Shown piece after piece: positions 52,959-63,063 of a stretch of 64,000 nucleotides of DNA (the first letter of the stretch is position 1; each line of letters opens with the position of its first letter). This DNA is from Trypanosoma brucei (lineage: Eukaryota), in NCBI GenBank assembly GCA_000002445.1, contig CP000071.1, positions 1,760,001 through 1,824,000 on the forward strand, written 5' to 3'. Under the pieces are notes generated by a model. It worked only from the letters and a program-made list of their open reading frames with translations, ran no database searches and had not been told where the DNA came from. A program made the position numbers and the translations under genes.

Positions 52959-53948
52959 ATGGTCCGCTGGGGTGGTCCACGCTTCGAGTTCTACTTCACC
53001 CGCGACTTCTTGAACCACGAGTACCTTATAAAAAAGGAGGAAGCGCAGCGCGCGGCATTCATCCATAGTAAGCGGGAACATGAAAGGGCAAAAGAGGACG
53101 CTCGGTTTGCTGAAGCTGAACAGAAGAAGGCTCAACTCCAGGAAGAGGCCCAGCGACTAATGTCTGCAGAGGTGGAGGAGGCCGCCCGCCGCGCTGCTGC
53201 GGAAGCCGCAGCTCAAAACACTGCACATGCACGGCGACTCCGACGCCTGAAGGAATTGGCGGTTCCTGTCATTCGCGGGAGCTCTGCTCATTCCGCTGGA
53301 AGCCACGGTTGCGTGATGTACCCAACTCCGAAAGGTGTGCCTCTTCCTATGGGTCGCGACAGGGCTCCCTACACTCCAGGGGTTGATCGTCACCGTATTG
53401 TGCCACCCCCACCGGAACCTGGCGCCCATAAACCATGGCAAGGCAGTGGAACGGCATGGATGACGGATAAGAACAATGACTGGCAGAAACAGTACTACTT
53501 CACCAAGTCCAAGCGACCCGCGGAAACTCTGAGGGAGCGGAGGGCGTGCATTGATAAGATGGAGCGGTGTCACACCAATGAAGGTGCAGCAAAGAAGCCA
53601 CCAGTGAACCAAGACGAAAGTCCCGCAAATGACCAACGTGAAATTCCCACATTTGGGACAGAGAGGCAGCATGATGAGATGGGATCGGAAAGTGAATCAG
53701 AGCGCCCACTTTCAATCTTCTCCCACGGAAGTTCCAATGCTCCCATTAGGGCGTTAGGTACGCAGCACATGGGGGATATTTCCACGAAGGAGGAGGTACG
53801 AGAGTTCCTAAGGCGGTACCCAACAGGTGTGGTGCCGCCCAGGGACCGGAGGGCAGCTCCACCTAATTTCAATGGCATGAATCTCACGGAGCTCACATCT
53901 TCCCTAATCAAAATGCAGAAGTGTAATTTGTGCGGTGGACATCCGTAG
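52959..53948 (+). CDS. Hypothetical protein with an N-terminal charged helical/coiled-coil segment
   Basis: 329-aa ORF; E/A/R-rich region (EEAQRLMSAEVEEAARRAAAEAAAQ) then a Pro-rich tail. Confidence 0.55.
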   Translation: MVRWGGPRFEFYFTRDFLNHEYLIKKEEAQRAAFIHSKREHERAKEDARFAEAEQKKAQLQEEAQRLMSAEVEEAARRAAAEAAAQNTAHARRLRRLKELAVPVIRGSSAHSAGSHGCVMYPTPKGVPLPMGRDRAPYTPGVDRHRIVPPPPEPGAHKPWQGSGTAWMTDKNNDWQKQYYFTKSKRPAETLRERRACIDKMERCHTNEGAAKKPPVNQDESPANDQREIPTFGTERQHDEMGSESESERPLSIFSHGSSNAPIRALGTQHMGDISTKEEVREFLRRYPTGVVPPRDRRAAPPNFNGMNLTELTSSLIKMQKCNLCGGHP

Positions 53949-54347
53949 TAGAGATATTTGTACCCTTTCACCCCCTCTTCATGTATTATACTCAACGACA
54001 GTGGTAGAAGAAAAACTGTTTCTCTCGACACCTACGCTGACAAAGTAGGGGATGTGGTGTGCCTTTGGAATCATCCATGAAGAAAAGGTAGCGATACCGA
54101 AGTTAGGTAGAAGAGTTTCGGATATATATTTTTTATTGTTGGTGGTGGTTCACTCTTTGTTCATCCCGTTTGTTCTCTTTCTCTACGCTTCACTTCTGTA
54201 CGATAGAGGATAAGCAGCTAGATAGCGCCAATCAGTGACATCGACACGTCACATACGGCACACGCGTAATCCTTGAAAAAAGTAAAAAAAAAAGTTCGCT
54301 AGAAGGATACAAGAGACAAACACCCATACAATTACAAAACCAAAAAA

Positions 54348-55148
54348 ATGACAACATTGCACACTATTTCCAGCCTTGACTACGGTGATGGGCGGACATG
54401 TGTTTGCCGTATCTGTGTCTGCGGCAAACACAGGTGTACTGACCCAAAGTTGCCCTTCTTCGGGGAAACCACCTACAGAGATGAGTACGTCCCAAAGAGC
54501 ACCGTGCGTGATATTGGCCGCGCAAGGCCCTCCACTGTATTTCCCATGAAAGCGGACCCGGGCCACTTCAAAACCACCAAGCAGGAGGCGTGGGAGCCAC
54601 TTGAGGGCAAAATAGTGCGCCCCGCGGAATCCTTCAAACCGCGCACGGTGCTTGGGGAGCCTCTTCCCTTTAATGCCACCACCACACACCGCAATGACTT
54701 TCCGGGGCACCTCCCCGATCACCACCGAGCCCGCTACAAGCAGGAACCGTTGCCTAAACTGAAGGGGACCTATGAGACAACCAACCAGGCAATGCAGGAG
54801 CCCCTGAACAAGCACCTCGAGGCGGGAGAAATGCCGAAACCACCACAACCGTTCCGTGGCGATGCTACTTTGTTGCGCTCCCTGCCGTTTGACGCTATGG
54901 CAACGTACACTGTTGACTACCCACCAAAGGAGGCTCTGCAACAGCCGCGTCCGCCGCAGAAACAACCGTTTGAATCGATGCCCGACGTTCGTGACTTTGG
55001 TACAACACACTCTGAATCGTACAAGGTGCCGCCTCACCGCGTACGCCGCGTTTGTCCTGCGTCGCAATTGGCACCGCGTCCGCCGTCGGTAGATGGGCAC
55101 TACAAGCTCTCCGTGTACGCTATCCCCTCAGGAGAAATTGCGGATTAG
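54348..55148 (+). CDS. SAXO: SAXO/MAP6-related protein (stabiliser of axonemal microtubules) with Cys-rich N-terminus and repeated Mn modules
   Basis: N-terminal CVCRICVCGKHRC followed by six recurring Mn-type motifs (TTYRDEYVPK, TTKQEAWEPL, TTTHRNDFPGH, YETTNQAMQEPL, ATYTVDYPPK, TTHSESYKVPPH). 266 aa. Confidence 0.72.
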   Translation: MTTLHTISSLDYGDGRTCVCRICVCGKHRCTDPKLPFFGETTYRDEYVPKSTVRDIGRARPSTVFPMKADPGHFKTTKQEAWEPLEGKIVRPAESFKPRTVLGEPLPFNATTTHRNDFPGHLPDHHRARYKQEPLPKLKGTYETTNQAMQEPLNKHLEAGEMPKPPQPFRGDATLLRSLPFDAMATYTVDYPPKEALQQPRPPQKQPFESMPDVRDFGTTHSESYKVPPHRVRRVCPASQLAPRPPSVDGHYKLSVYAIPSGEIAD

Positions 55149-55561
55149 AGTCCGTAGTGTTTATGATTGCGACTGTCTACGTTGTTTCGGGGATATTCTC
55201 CTATCCTTTCCATTTCATCTTTCTCCACCGTTCACTCGTTCTGTCGTTCTGTTTTGTTTTGTTTTTTCGTCTCTTTCCAGTGCTGTGAAAACGCTGCATG
55301 TACGTATACGCGGCTGTCCTAGCCGCCTCACCTTCTGCATTCGACTTATTATGGTAACTACACCGAAAGAAGAAACAGAGAAAAGAGGCGAAAACGGGAA
55401 TGGGACGGCGGAAATAAACATCGTTTTCAAACTGGATTTAGGAGCGACTAGGTGGAAGAGTGTCCGTGTGTAAGGGGAAATAAGCGAAGGGAAAGTGAGG
55501 AAAAATATCCTGTTTTTGCATGTATGTCCAGAGACGACTGAACGACAAAGATTCACTTGTA

Positions 55562-55583
55562 TGTGTGTGTGTGTGTGTGTGTG
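55562..55583. repeat. (GT)11 microsatellite
   Basis: tgtgtgtgtgtgtgtgtgtgtg. Confidence 0.9.
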
Positions 55584-56216
55584 CTTGTGTGCGTGTTTTT
55601 TTTATTGTTTTTTTTTTCCTTCTTCACGCGTTCCCGTCCCTTTCTTCTCCCTTTCCCTTCGTGTTGTTTACTGTAACCTGTTGCCACTCCTTCACGCACT
55701 TGAGTTTAGATAGTACCTGTGGTTATTGTCCAACAACTCCATTCTTACGAGCAGCATTCACTGCAGGCCCCCGGGGTACTTTTCTTTCTGATTTCGACCC
55801 GGATTTCCCTTTAATGTTTAATGTTTGGAAGTTGGCCAATTTATTATTATTATTTTTTTTACATTGTTGCTATCATCCTCAGCTTCCGTGGTGCATTCCA
55901 TCTCCTCCCTATTGCTTCCCCTTCCCGCCCATGAGAACCCTTTCTTTTTTTTCTTTTTAAGAAAATGATTCTCATCACAGTCCCTTATTAAACATATTTA
56001 TCATCTCGTGTTCGGGCACTTCCCGCCAACCTCGTTTTCTGGGAATGCTGAAATGTGGTGGAAAGGGGAAGTTTGTGGTTTGTGGGAGATTTAAAAAAAA
56101 AGGGAGTGGAGTAAAGCAGTAGAGAAATATTAAACACTCATATAAAGAGGAAAGAAAGCAGCAGAAATATTCAATGGGATTACAGTCAACAATTTGCTAT
56201 GTCAAGGTGGAGTTGA

Positions 56217-56273
56217 AGAGAGAGAGAGAAAGGGAAAGAAAGGTGTGTGTGCGGTAGAGAGAGAGAGAGAGAA
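56217..56273. repeat. Interrupted (GA)n microsatellite
   Basis: agagagagagaaagggaaagaaagg...agagagagagagagagaaaaaaa. Confidence 0.8.
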
Positions 56274-56924
56274 AAAAAGGGGGGTTGTAAGAACGCACAA
56301 CAGAGGAGAAAAACAAAAAATACTTTTCAAGAATGCTGCATGTTTTAGCGAGGGGATTGCGTAGAAAATCATCAAAAATGTATACTGAGAAGGATGTATG
56401 TTTACATAAAAGAAAAAAGGGTTGTAAATAAATGACCATTGACCAAACCAATCACGGAAAGGCAAAATAGAGGACAGAGGAAGTCAAAGTGTGAGGTGAT
56501 AGAAGGTATTATTGCAAGAAAGTAGAGGTGAGACGTTTATGTCATGCTTCTTTTTTTATTTTTCTTGTATGCCCTCTTTTTTTCTCTTTTTGATCACTCG
56601 TTTGTTTAAGTTGTGTAGTTGCTGCCCATTCATGGGGTTACTGCTACGCATCTCCTCCCTCTTAGTTCTGTTTTTCCTATTGCCATACATTATCATTCAC
56701 TTTTTTTTTTCGTTGCTATACTTAATTTTTACGGTTAGCTGAGAACACAGATTGAATTCGTCGTGAACCCACGCGAGCGTCTGCTGTGTACCTATTCGTC
56801 GGTGCTGAAGAGGCGACGAGACCTTCACGTTCGAAAAAGAAAAAAAAAGTAGCGAACTGAGCACAAGGCTGGAGAATATAAAATCAGCAGGAAGAAATTA
56901 CCATCCAGAGTAAAAGAAGCATCT

Positions 56925-59000
56925 ATGCGCTCCAATGGCGCAGTTCATATTTCTAATGACACCTTCGCGGCCAGTACACGAGATCATACCAATGGCGTGT
57001 TTCTTGTGACGAGTAAAATAGTTGAGGGACGTGTTTGTCACAGGCCACTGGAACGGCACGTTTGCTTTGGCCACTGCGGCGACAGAGAAGAAGGAAAACA
57101 AAAAGACAGTCAATATTCTTTCCATGCCTCCTCCGATGGAAGCCGCGTCGTGTCTATTAGCGCGAACGGTTCAAAACACTATTGTATTGGCGTAGAGGAT
57201 GGGCGTGTTTGTGAGTTCACCGTGCAACATCCTGTAGTAAGTGTTGGTTGGCATCCAGTCAGCAAGTCGTTGCTACTGCTGTTGCTTTCCGGGGGCAAAC
57301 TTCTTTTATTAGACACGGACAAGGTGACACTCGGTGTGGGATTCCAAGGGGACGAATGCGTGTGTCTGCATTCTCTTGTGGCGACCTGCAGGCAAGGCAG
57401 TGGTAAGAGGGATAGCCAAGAAACAGCAAAAGCGGGGACACTCGTGAAGGCGCCTTTTAACTTAAATAGATGTGGTTTGTCAACGCCCGATCCCACAAGT
57501 GAAGGAACAGTAAGTAAGAAATTACATGGAACGATAGAGGGGATGAGGTCTGGCTTAGGAGGGCAAGTCCAGGAGGTGGTAACAAAGAACAGAAGGGGAA
57601 AAAAAGGAATAATAAAGAGAGGGGAAAGTGCGAACGAAAGATATGCGTTAGCGCAGATTGATGCCACACAGTCCCCGCGCGTTGATGGTTGTAGTGACAT
57701 AGTCGGCATGTGTATCATTCCTCCTTCACGCAGCCTCCCTGTAATGTTGGTGTTGCTCTGTCGCAACGGTGATGTCTTCTCCGTGAAGCTCAACAAAGAC
57801 GGGATGCCAGCTTCACTGTCAAAAGAATATGACGGTAGTGTGGGAGCTGCGTTCGGTGAGGCACAGGACATGCAGATGGATTCTGTCTTACGCCCGTGTG
57901 TTCACTATTTGGTTCGTCGTGATTCTTCGTCATGTGGCCTCGCTGGAGTCCCCCTGGCGGTAGGCACCTCTCTGTTAGACGAAGACGTTGGACTACGCAT
58001 TATATATGTCATGTACAGCAGCGGAACGTTAGGCGGTTATCTCTTTGACGAACCCGACGTCCTCTGTCGTGATCCCATGCGGCAGCAGGCGGACGTGTCG
58101 GTCGTCCTGGGAGCTGCAGTCCCTTGTGATCACAGATTATTACATGACCATGTTAACGCGTGTCGTCTCGTTAGCATACATAGTTGCGGTAATGCAACCC
58201 TTATTAGGTACGGAGATGAGGTGTACTTGTGTGTGTGGCCCGTGTGGTCGCGTGCTGCCGCGGGTTGGGTGTATAGAACTGAAAACACGGAAGGTTTCCA
58301 ACGGTTACCGACCATTGCCCGTGATGCTAAAGTGCCGGAGCCTGTTGCCCTTCGCGTGCCCTATAGTACCCACGGTGCGAATATTGCGGTTGGTGTGAAC
58401 GACATTCTCATCTTCCCTGAGATGACAGAAACGGCAGCCATGTGTGATTTTGAGAAAAAAGTAACGATTGTTAAAATATTGAGTCTTGTTCTTATCGCGA
58501 TATATGCACGAAGTGAGAAGTTTGTGTTGGCACCCGACTCCACTGAGGATGCTGTTGACGAGGGAAACGACAACGAGGTTGATGGGAGCAGAAGTAAGGG
58601 CGGCAATGTGGTGCAGACCAGCCTCGAGGAGCTACTTGGGCTGATACCTACCTTATGTCGACAATGGCTGTGTGGATATCCCCGTGAGGTCGTCGATAGC
58701 AGCACCGCCGCGGTGGTGAAGGGGGTTCACAACATGCACATGAGGTTCCGCGAGCGGCAAACGAAACAGCTGGAACGGGAACAGCGGCTTTGGAAGCGGG
58801 TTGAGGCTCTCCAACAGAAGCGTGACGAAGTTGCCGATGCAGTCGCGGAGTCCACTGACACGCTTTGCGACGCCATAGTTCACCGCGGCGGGGTAAGTGA
58901 GCTCTACGCTGCGAATAAGAGAATGGGGAAAATTCATGAAATATTGAGTACTCTCAACTCGGAGGTGGAGCGGCGGCGAAAGGAAAAGAGTAAGGTGTGA
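56925..59000 (+). CDS. Hypothetical protein: predicted beta-rich N-terminal region plus C-terminal coiled coil
   Basis: 691-aa ORF. The N-terminal two-thirds are beta-strand-like (VSISANGSKHYCIGVEDGRVCEFTVQHPVVSVGWHPVSKSLLLL). The C-terminal ~110 aa are heptad-like (RERQTKQLEREQRLWKRVEALQQKRDEVADA). Confidence 0.65.
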   Translation: MRSNGAVHISNDTFAASTRDHTNGVFLVTSKIVEGRVCHRPLERHVCFGHCGDREEGKQKDSQYSFHASSDGSRVVSISANGSKHYCIGVEDGRVCEFTVQHPVVSVGWHPVSKSLLLLLLSGGKLLLLDTDKVTLGVGFQGDECVCLHSLVATCRQGSGKRDSQETAKAGTLVKAPFNLNRCGLSTPDPTSEGTVSKKLHGTIEGMRSGLGGQVQEVVTKNRRGKKGIIKRGESANERYALAQIDATQSPRVDGCSDIVGMCIIPPSRSLPVMLVLLCRNGDVFSVKLNKDGMPASLSKEYDGSVGAAFGEAQDMQMDSVLRPCVHYLVRRDSSSCGLAGVPLAVGTSLLDEDVGLRIIYVMYSSGTLGGYLFDEPDVLCRDPMRQQADVSVVLGAAVPCDHRLLHDHVNACRLVSIHSCGNATLIRYGDEVYLCVWPVWSRAAAGWVYRTENTEGFQRLPTIARDAKVPEPVALRVPYSTHGANIAVGVNDILIFPEMTETAAMCDFEKKVTIVKILSLVLIAIYARSEKFVLAPDSTEDAVDEGNDNEVDGSRSKGGNVVQTSLEELLGLIPTLCRQWLCGYPREVVDSSTAAVVKGVHNMHMRFRERQTKQLEREQRLWKRVEALQQKRDEVADAVAESTDTLCDAIVHRGGVSELYAANKRMGKIHEILSTLNSEVERRRKEKSKV

Positions 59001-59638
59001 GCAGAATGGCGAAAAGTCCCCGATGCCGTTTTTACAAAACTAAGTGGGGTACGCTTCCCTCCAGTGAACACCATTAAGAGGGGGTTGGTCAGACCGGGGG
59101 AAAATAAGAAATAAGGTTTTGAGGTAAGATGGGCAGTCTTCCACGTGGCAGGCATATGCACAGGTACCGTGGACCGGCAGCGATGTTGCAAAATATGTAC
59201 AAACATATATACGCAATAAGTGCTCGCACAAGGGTCGAAGGTGCGTAAACAAAAGAGCTATTAAAAAAAAAAACATGCGTAGCTGGTTGTGCTTTAGGTG
59301 CCAAGCAGTGTTGTTGAATTTTGTCGTCGATGCTCCAATTTCTCTTCCTTCCCTCCCTCCCCTCTTTCTGGGGTATTCGACCTTCTGTGAGGGAAATGGA
59401 AGAAATGTTAACTGTGTTACTACCCCATTCCTCCTGCTTTTCGATATTTTCCCCCTGAACTGTTCCGCTCCCTTTGGTTTTTTGTCCTTTTCCTTTTAAT
59501 CAAAGGTCTCGCCTTCAGTTCTCCTGTTGGTGTGGCGAGACTAAGCGCCAGCCCAATTTTTCCGTGTTGAGTTGTAAAAGCACATAGACGCACACAAGCA
59601 TATATACATATATTAGTAAAAGCAAAAAAAAGACAACC

Positions 59639-62482
59639 ATGATAGAAGTAGTGAAATCAACCACAAACGCCGATCGCAGCGTAGATAACCAAAAGGAAGT
59701 GATGTCAGTAGATGGTGCAAGTGAGGTAGAAAGAGAACGTGTTTCTCAACTACTCGAGGAAAACATGCGATTACGGGCGAAGCAATCACAACTGCAGGAC
59801 CAACTAGCGGACTTAAAACGACAGCTAATTTCTGAGAGGAGTGAGCGTCAGGGGTTGGATGTTGAGCTTGACGACGTTAAGAAAAGCCTGCGACTCACGA
59901 GGGACCAACTCGACCAACACAAGCGGGAGAAGAGCGAGCTCTCCTTGAAGTTGTGCACCATGACAGCAGAGAGGGATGAACTTGAGGAAAAGTTAAGCGA
60001 GGCGTGGAGTAACGTAGCAAATCTTCAAGAATCAGCGAATGCAAAGGAGGCAATCAATAAATCGTTGCAGGACACCATCCATCGCGAAAGAAGGGAACAA
60101 GACGCACAAAAGGTGCTGATGCAGGCGATGGTTTCGCAATTGTCAACTTTGGAGCAGCAAGTAATTACAGGCGCCTGCGCAGAGGAACAACAGCGCCAAA
60201 CAAGTGATGAAGTGTGGCGTGCCACCGAAGAGGAAGTCTTTCGCTTCTCCAGTATACTTGAGGAGTTGGCGGACAGTCTGACTTTTTCAGGTAGCTTCGG
60301 TCCCTCCGTGGATCGTTGTCGCGAGCTCCTGCAGTTACAACCACGTCCGGCTAATGGGGAGAGTATGGCTGCTGCGGACATTGTGTGTGACCAGGACGGG
60401 CTCAACATTTCTCATGGGGACGAGCCGAGCCAAAGGGTGAATGGCCGCCTGTTTGCCCCCGCTTACTATGCGCTGCGTTATCTGCATCAGAAGTTACAAG
60501 AACAGAGAAACGAATTCTTCGCCTCACAACAAGAGCAACGCGTGCTTGAGGCCCACGTTTCCTCGCTGAAGGAAGAAATTAATCAAGTGAGTAGGGATGG
60601 AGACGGAGTGAGGGAGCGGCTAATGAAAAGTGAAGCGCAGCGTGCTCGGGCGGAGGCACTGTTGCAAGACTCGCGCCAGACGCGTGACGAAGAGGTCGCC
60701 CAGGCCTTAGAAACGCGGCGACGTCTAGCTAAACTTCTAAAATGCATGGATGATTGGTTTATGATTGAACATTGTATCTCTGACAGCTTACAGGAAGTGA
60801 TACAGTTGCGTCAGGCAGTTGAGGAGAATAGGCGATTGCACGAGCAGTACGTGATGCGCAAAGAAGAGGAAATGGATTGCTTGATTGAAACTCACCAACG
60901 GGAAATGGACGAGCAAAGAGGACAGCTTGAACAAATCCGGCGTGAATGCGAACGACATAAGCGTGCAGCTGCATCCACTACCCCCAGTATGTTTGTCCCC
61001 TCCCCAATTCCCCTCTCCACGGGTTCTACAGGTGATGATTCCACCGTGATGGAGCTGGTGCGTGAGCGTGATGCTCTGAAGGTAAAATACGATGATCTTC
61101 AGCGTTATGTTGAGACGGAGTTAGAGCCACTCATGGCAGAGCAAGACAAAGCAATGCAAAGAGAAAAACAACGTGTGGAGGAACTTTGTCGCCTGAGTGC
61201 GGAGATGAAACTAGAAATGAAGCTTTTCCGGGGTGTGTGTAAGGTGTGCAGTCGTAATACAGACGGTGAAGCCGAGGAAAAGGTTATGTCCACATTTGAG
61301 GCCCTCGTGCTGACCCTCCGTGTGCTTTCGGGTGCACGAAAGGACGAGCAAGAGATGATGCAGCAACGCAAGGCTCTATTGCAGTATATATCAGAATATG
61401 AGAGGAGATTTGGAACGCTTAATAGTATCACTGAATCCACTCGACTGCGTCCACTTCGCTACTTTCGTAGGGCTGTTGTTGCAGTGATAGCCGTGAACCG
61501 ACTGGCTGCAACCTACAGAACGAGTTGGCAACATTCGTGCGGTAACAGTTTGAATATCCCCCTTGGTGACACTATTGTTCCCGTCACTGTGAGGTCAACA
61601 GGTCCACAGCGTCCCATGCGAATCCGACTACCCCGCGAGACACGCTGCATCGCGCATGGTGGCCTAATGCACATTCCTCTTCAAAATGTGATCAACACTG
61701 CAAGCGAAGAGGAAGTCACACAGCGCTTGGAATCCGAGTGTCAGGCCATATTTGTGACGGAACAGGAGTTGTGGCAAGTCATGCGCCCTCCTCATGTACC
61801 CCGCACTCTTGTAGGTGAGGTCGCTCTGCAGAGTTACAAACTACGGAGTTTAGTGGACTCCCTAATGTTGTTTATAACGGTTCCCACTGCACCGCAGCTG
61901 GTCCCGGATCCAATTCCTCTTTTGTGGCAAGGCCTCGAAAGGGGACTTAGCGCACTGCGAGCGACACCACGTGAATGTCCACCGTTGAAAGAGGAACAGC
62001 GACGGCTTTTTCACACGCCGCAACTTTCCGTTCGCAGAGGTGATGATAAATCACCACATTCTTGCAGTTGGTTGAACGATGATGCGGTCACACCAAATCA
62101 AATGACGTTTTCTTCGGAGGAGTGGCTATACGGCGGTAACCGTGACGGGCACGCACAGGCGAACATAGCAACGGTACCTGTCCTCTCTCCTTCGTACATT
62201 CTCGGGAACGGTGGTTTAGGGGGAGCACTCAGTGGAAACGGCCCTAGCGCTTATCCGGTTCCACAGATTAATGATGAGTGTACACATGACGATGAAACAT
62301 TGGAGGACGCCGTACGGCAGTCGCTGATGCGGGACGTATACGAATGCAACGGGTTACGGGAGGACCAATTAGGAGAGGGTTTTGCTGCGCATATACTGAA
62401 CGTCATTCAGGCACTCGATCAGCGGGTGATGGGCGCTTTAGAACGCCGATCAAAGATTGGTGAGCGCCGGCCATACCGCTGA
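59639..62482 (+). CDS. Coiled-coil protein (947 aa), hypothetical
   Basis: The N-terminal ~520 aa are E/Q/R/L-rich coiled coil; the C-terminal ~400 aa are globular. Uninterrupted ORF with a poly-Y tract upstream. Confidence 0.75.
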   Translation: MIEVVKSTTNADRSVDNQKEVMSVDGASEVERERVSQLLEENMRLRAKQSQLQDQLADLKRQLISERSERQGLDVELDDVKKSLRLTRDQLDQHKREKSELSLKLCTMTAERDELEEKLSEAWSNVANLQESANAKEAINKSLQDTIHRERREQDAQKVLMQAMVSQLSTLEQQVITGACAEEQQRQTSDEVWRATEEEVFRFSSILEELADSLTFSGSFGPSVDRCRELLQLQPRPANGESMAAADIVCDQDGLNISHGDEPSQRVNGRLFAPAYYALRYLHQKLQEQRNEFFASQQEQRVLEAHVSSLKEEINQVSRDGDGVRERLMKSEAQRARAEALLQDSRQTRDEEVAQALETRRRLAKLLKCMDDWFMIEHCISDSLQEVIQLRQAVEENRRLHEQYVMRKEEEMDCLIETHQREMDEQRGQLEQIRRECERHKRAAASTTPSMFVPSPIPLSTGSTGDDSTVMELVRERDALKVKYDDLQRYVETELEPLMAEQDKAMQREKQRVEELCRLSAEMKLEMKLFRGVCKVCSRNTDGEAEEKVMSTFEALVLTLRVLSGARKDEQEMMQQRKALLQYISEYERRFGTLNSITESTRLRPLRYFRRAVVAVIAVNRLAATYRTSWQHSCGNSLNIPLGDTIVPVTVRSTGPQRPMRIRLPRETRCIAHGGLMHIPLQNVINTASEEEVTQRLESECQAIFVTEQELWQVMRPPHVPRTLVGEVALQSYKLRSLVDSLMLFITVPTAPQLVPDPIPLLWQGLERGLSALRATPRECPPLKEEQRRLFHTPQLSVRRGDDKSPHSCSWLNDDAVTPNQMTFSSEEWLYGGNRDGHAQANIATVPVLSPSYILGNGGLGGALSGNGPSAYPVPQINDECTHDDETLEDAVRQSLMRDVYECNGLREDQLGEGFAAHILNVIQALDQRVMGALERRSKIGERRPYR

Positions 62483-63063
62483 CTGAGTGGTGCGGGGGGG
62501 AAGGGGGAGAACTGCCAATTGATCATCAACCAGTGGAGCAAAAACCGACGCGTTTGATCTCCCAGACGTTTTGTAACTGCTGTCAGATACGTACGTTACG
62601 GGCTTACGGTGATCCACATTTGTTGGAATGACTTTTTTGAATTCATAACTTTACTTCCTATTCTTTCTGTGTAAAGTCCCTAATCCATTTTTTTCTTTAG
62701 CCGACGCCCTTTAATGTCAATGCTGTGTGCCGGTTCGACCCTCATTGCGTAAGGGTGTTCTTATTTCCTTCTTTTCTGCACGATAGTATCGCTTCATTTT
62801 CATTTCTCTTTCCTTTTTTAAAAAAAAGAGGGAAAATAATACAATTATTTGGGTTGCTTCTCTACATGATTTAGTGTCGAATGCGGGGAATATCAGCTCT
62901 GTACTACGTGGCCTGTGAACGCGAAGGATGTTTGGCCAACTCACTCTTCGTTCATTTTTGCATAAACCTCGATTCCTCTGATGATTGCCCAAAAAATATC
63001 GACCTCTGTTCGAACTATTTAGGTGACGCGGGTTGTGCTGCAATCATTAGGACGGTAGCCGTT

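Noticed and set aside
54249-55100. 283-aa minus-strand ORF antisense to the SAXO-like gene
   Set aside because: Arg/Leu/Cys-rich antisense artefact. The + strand reading shows the periodic Mn motifs.
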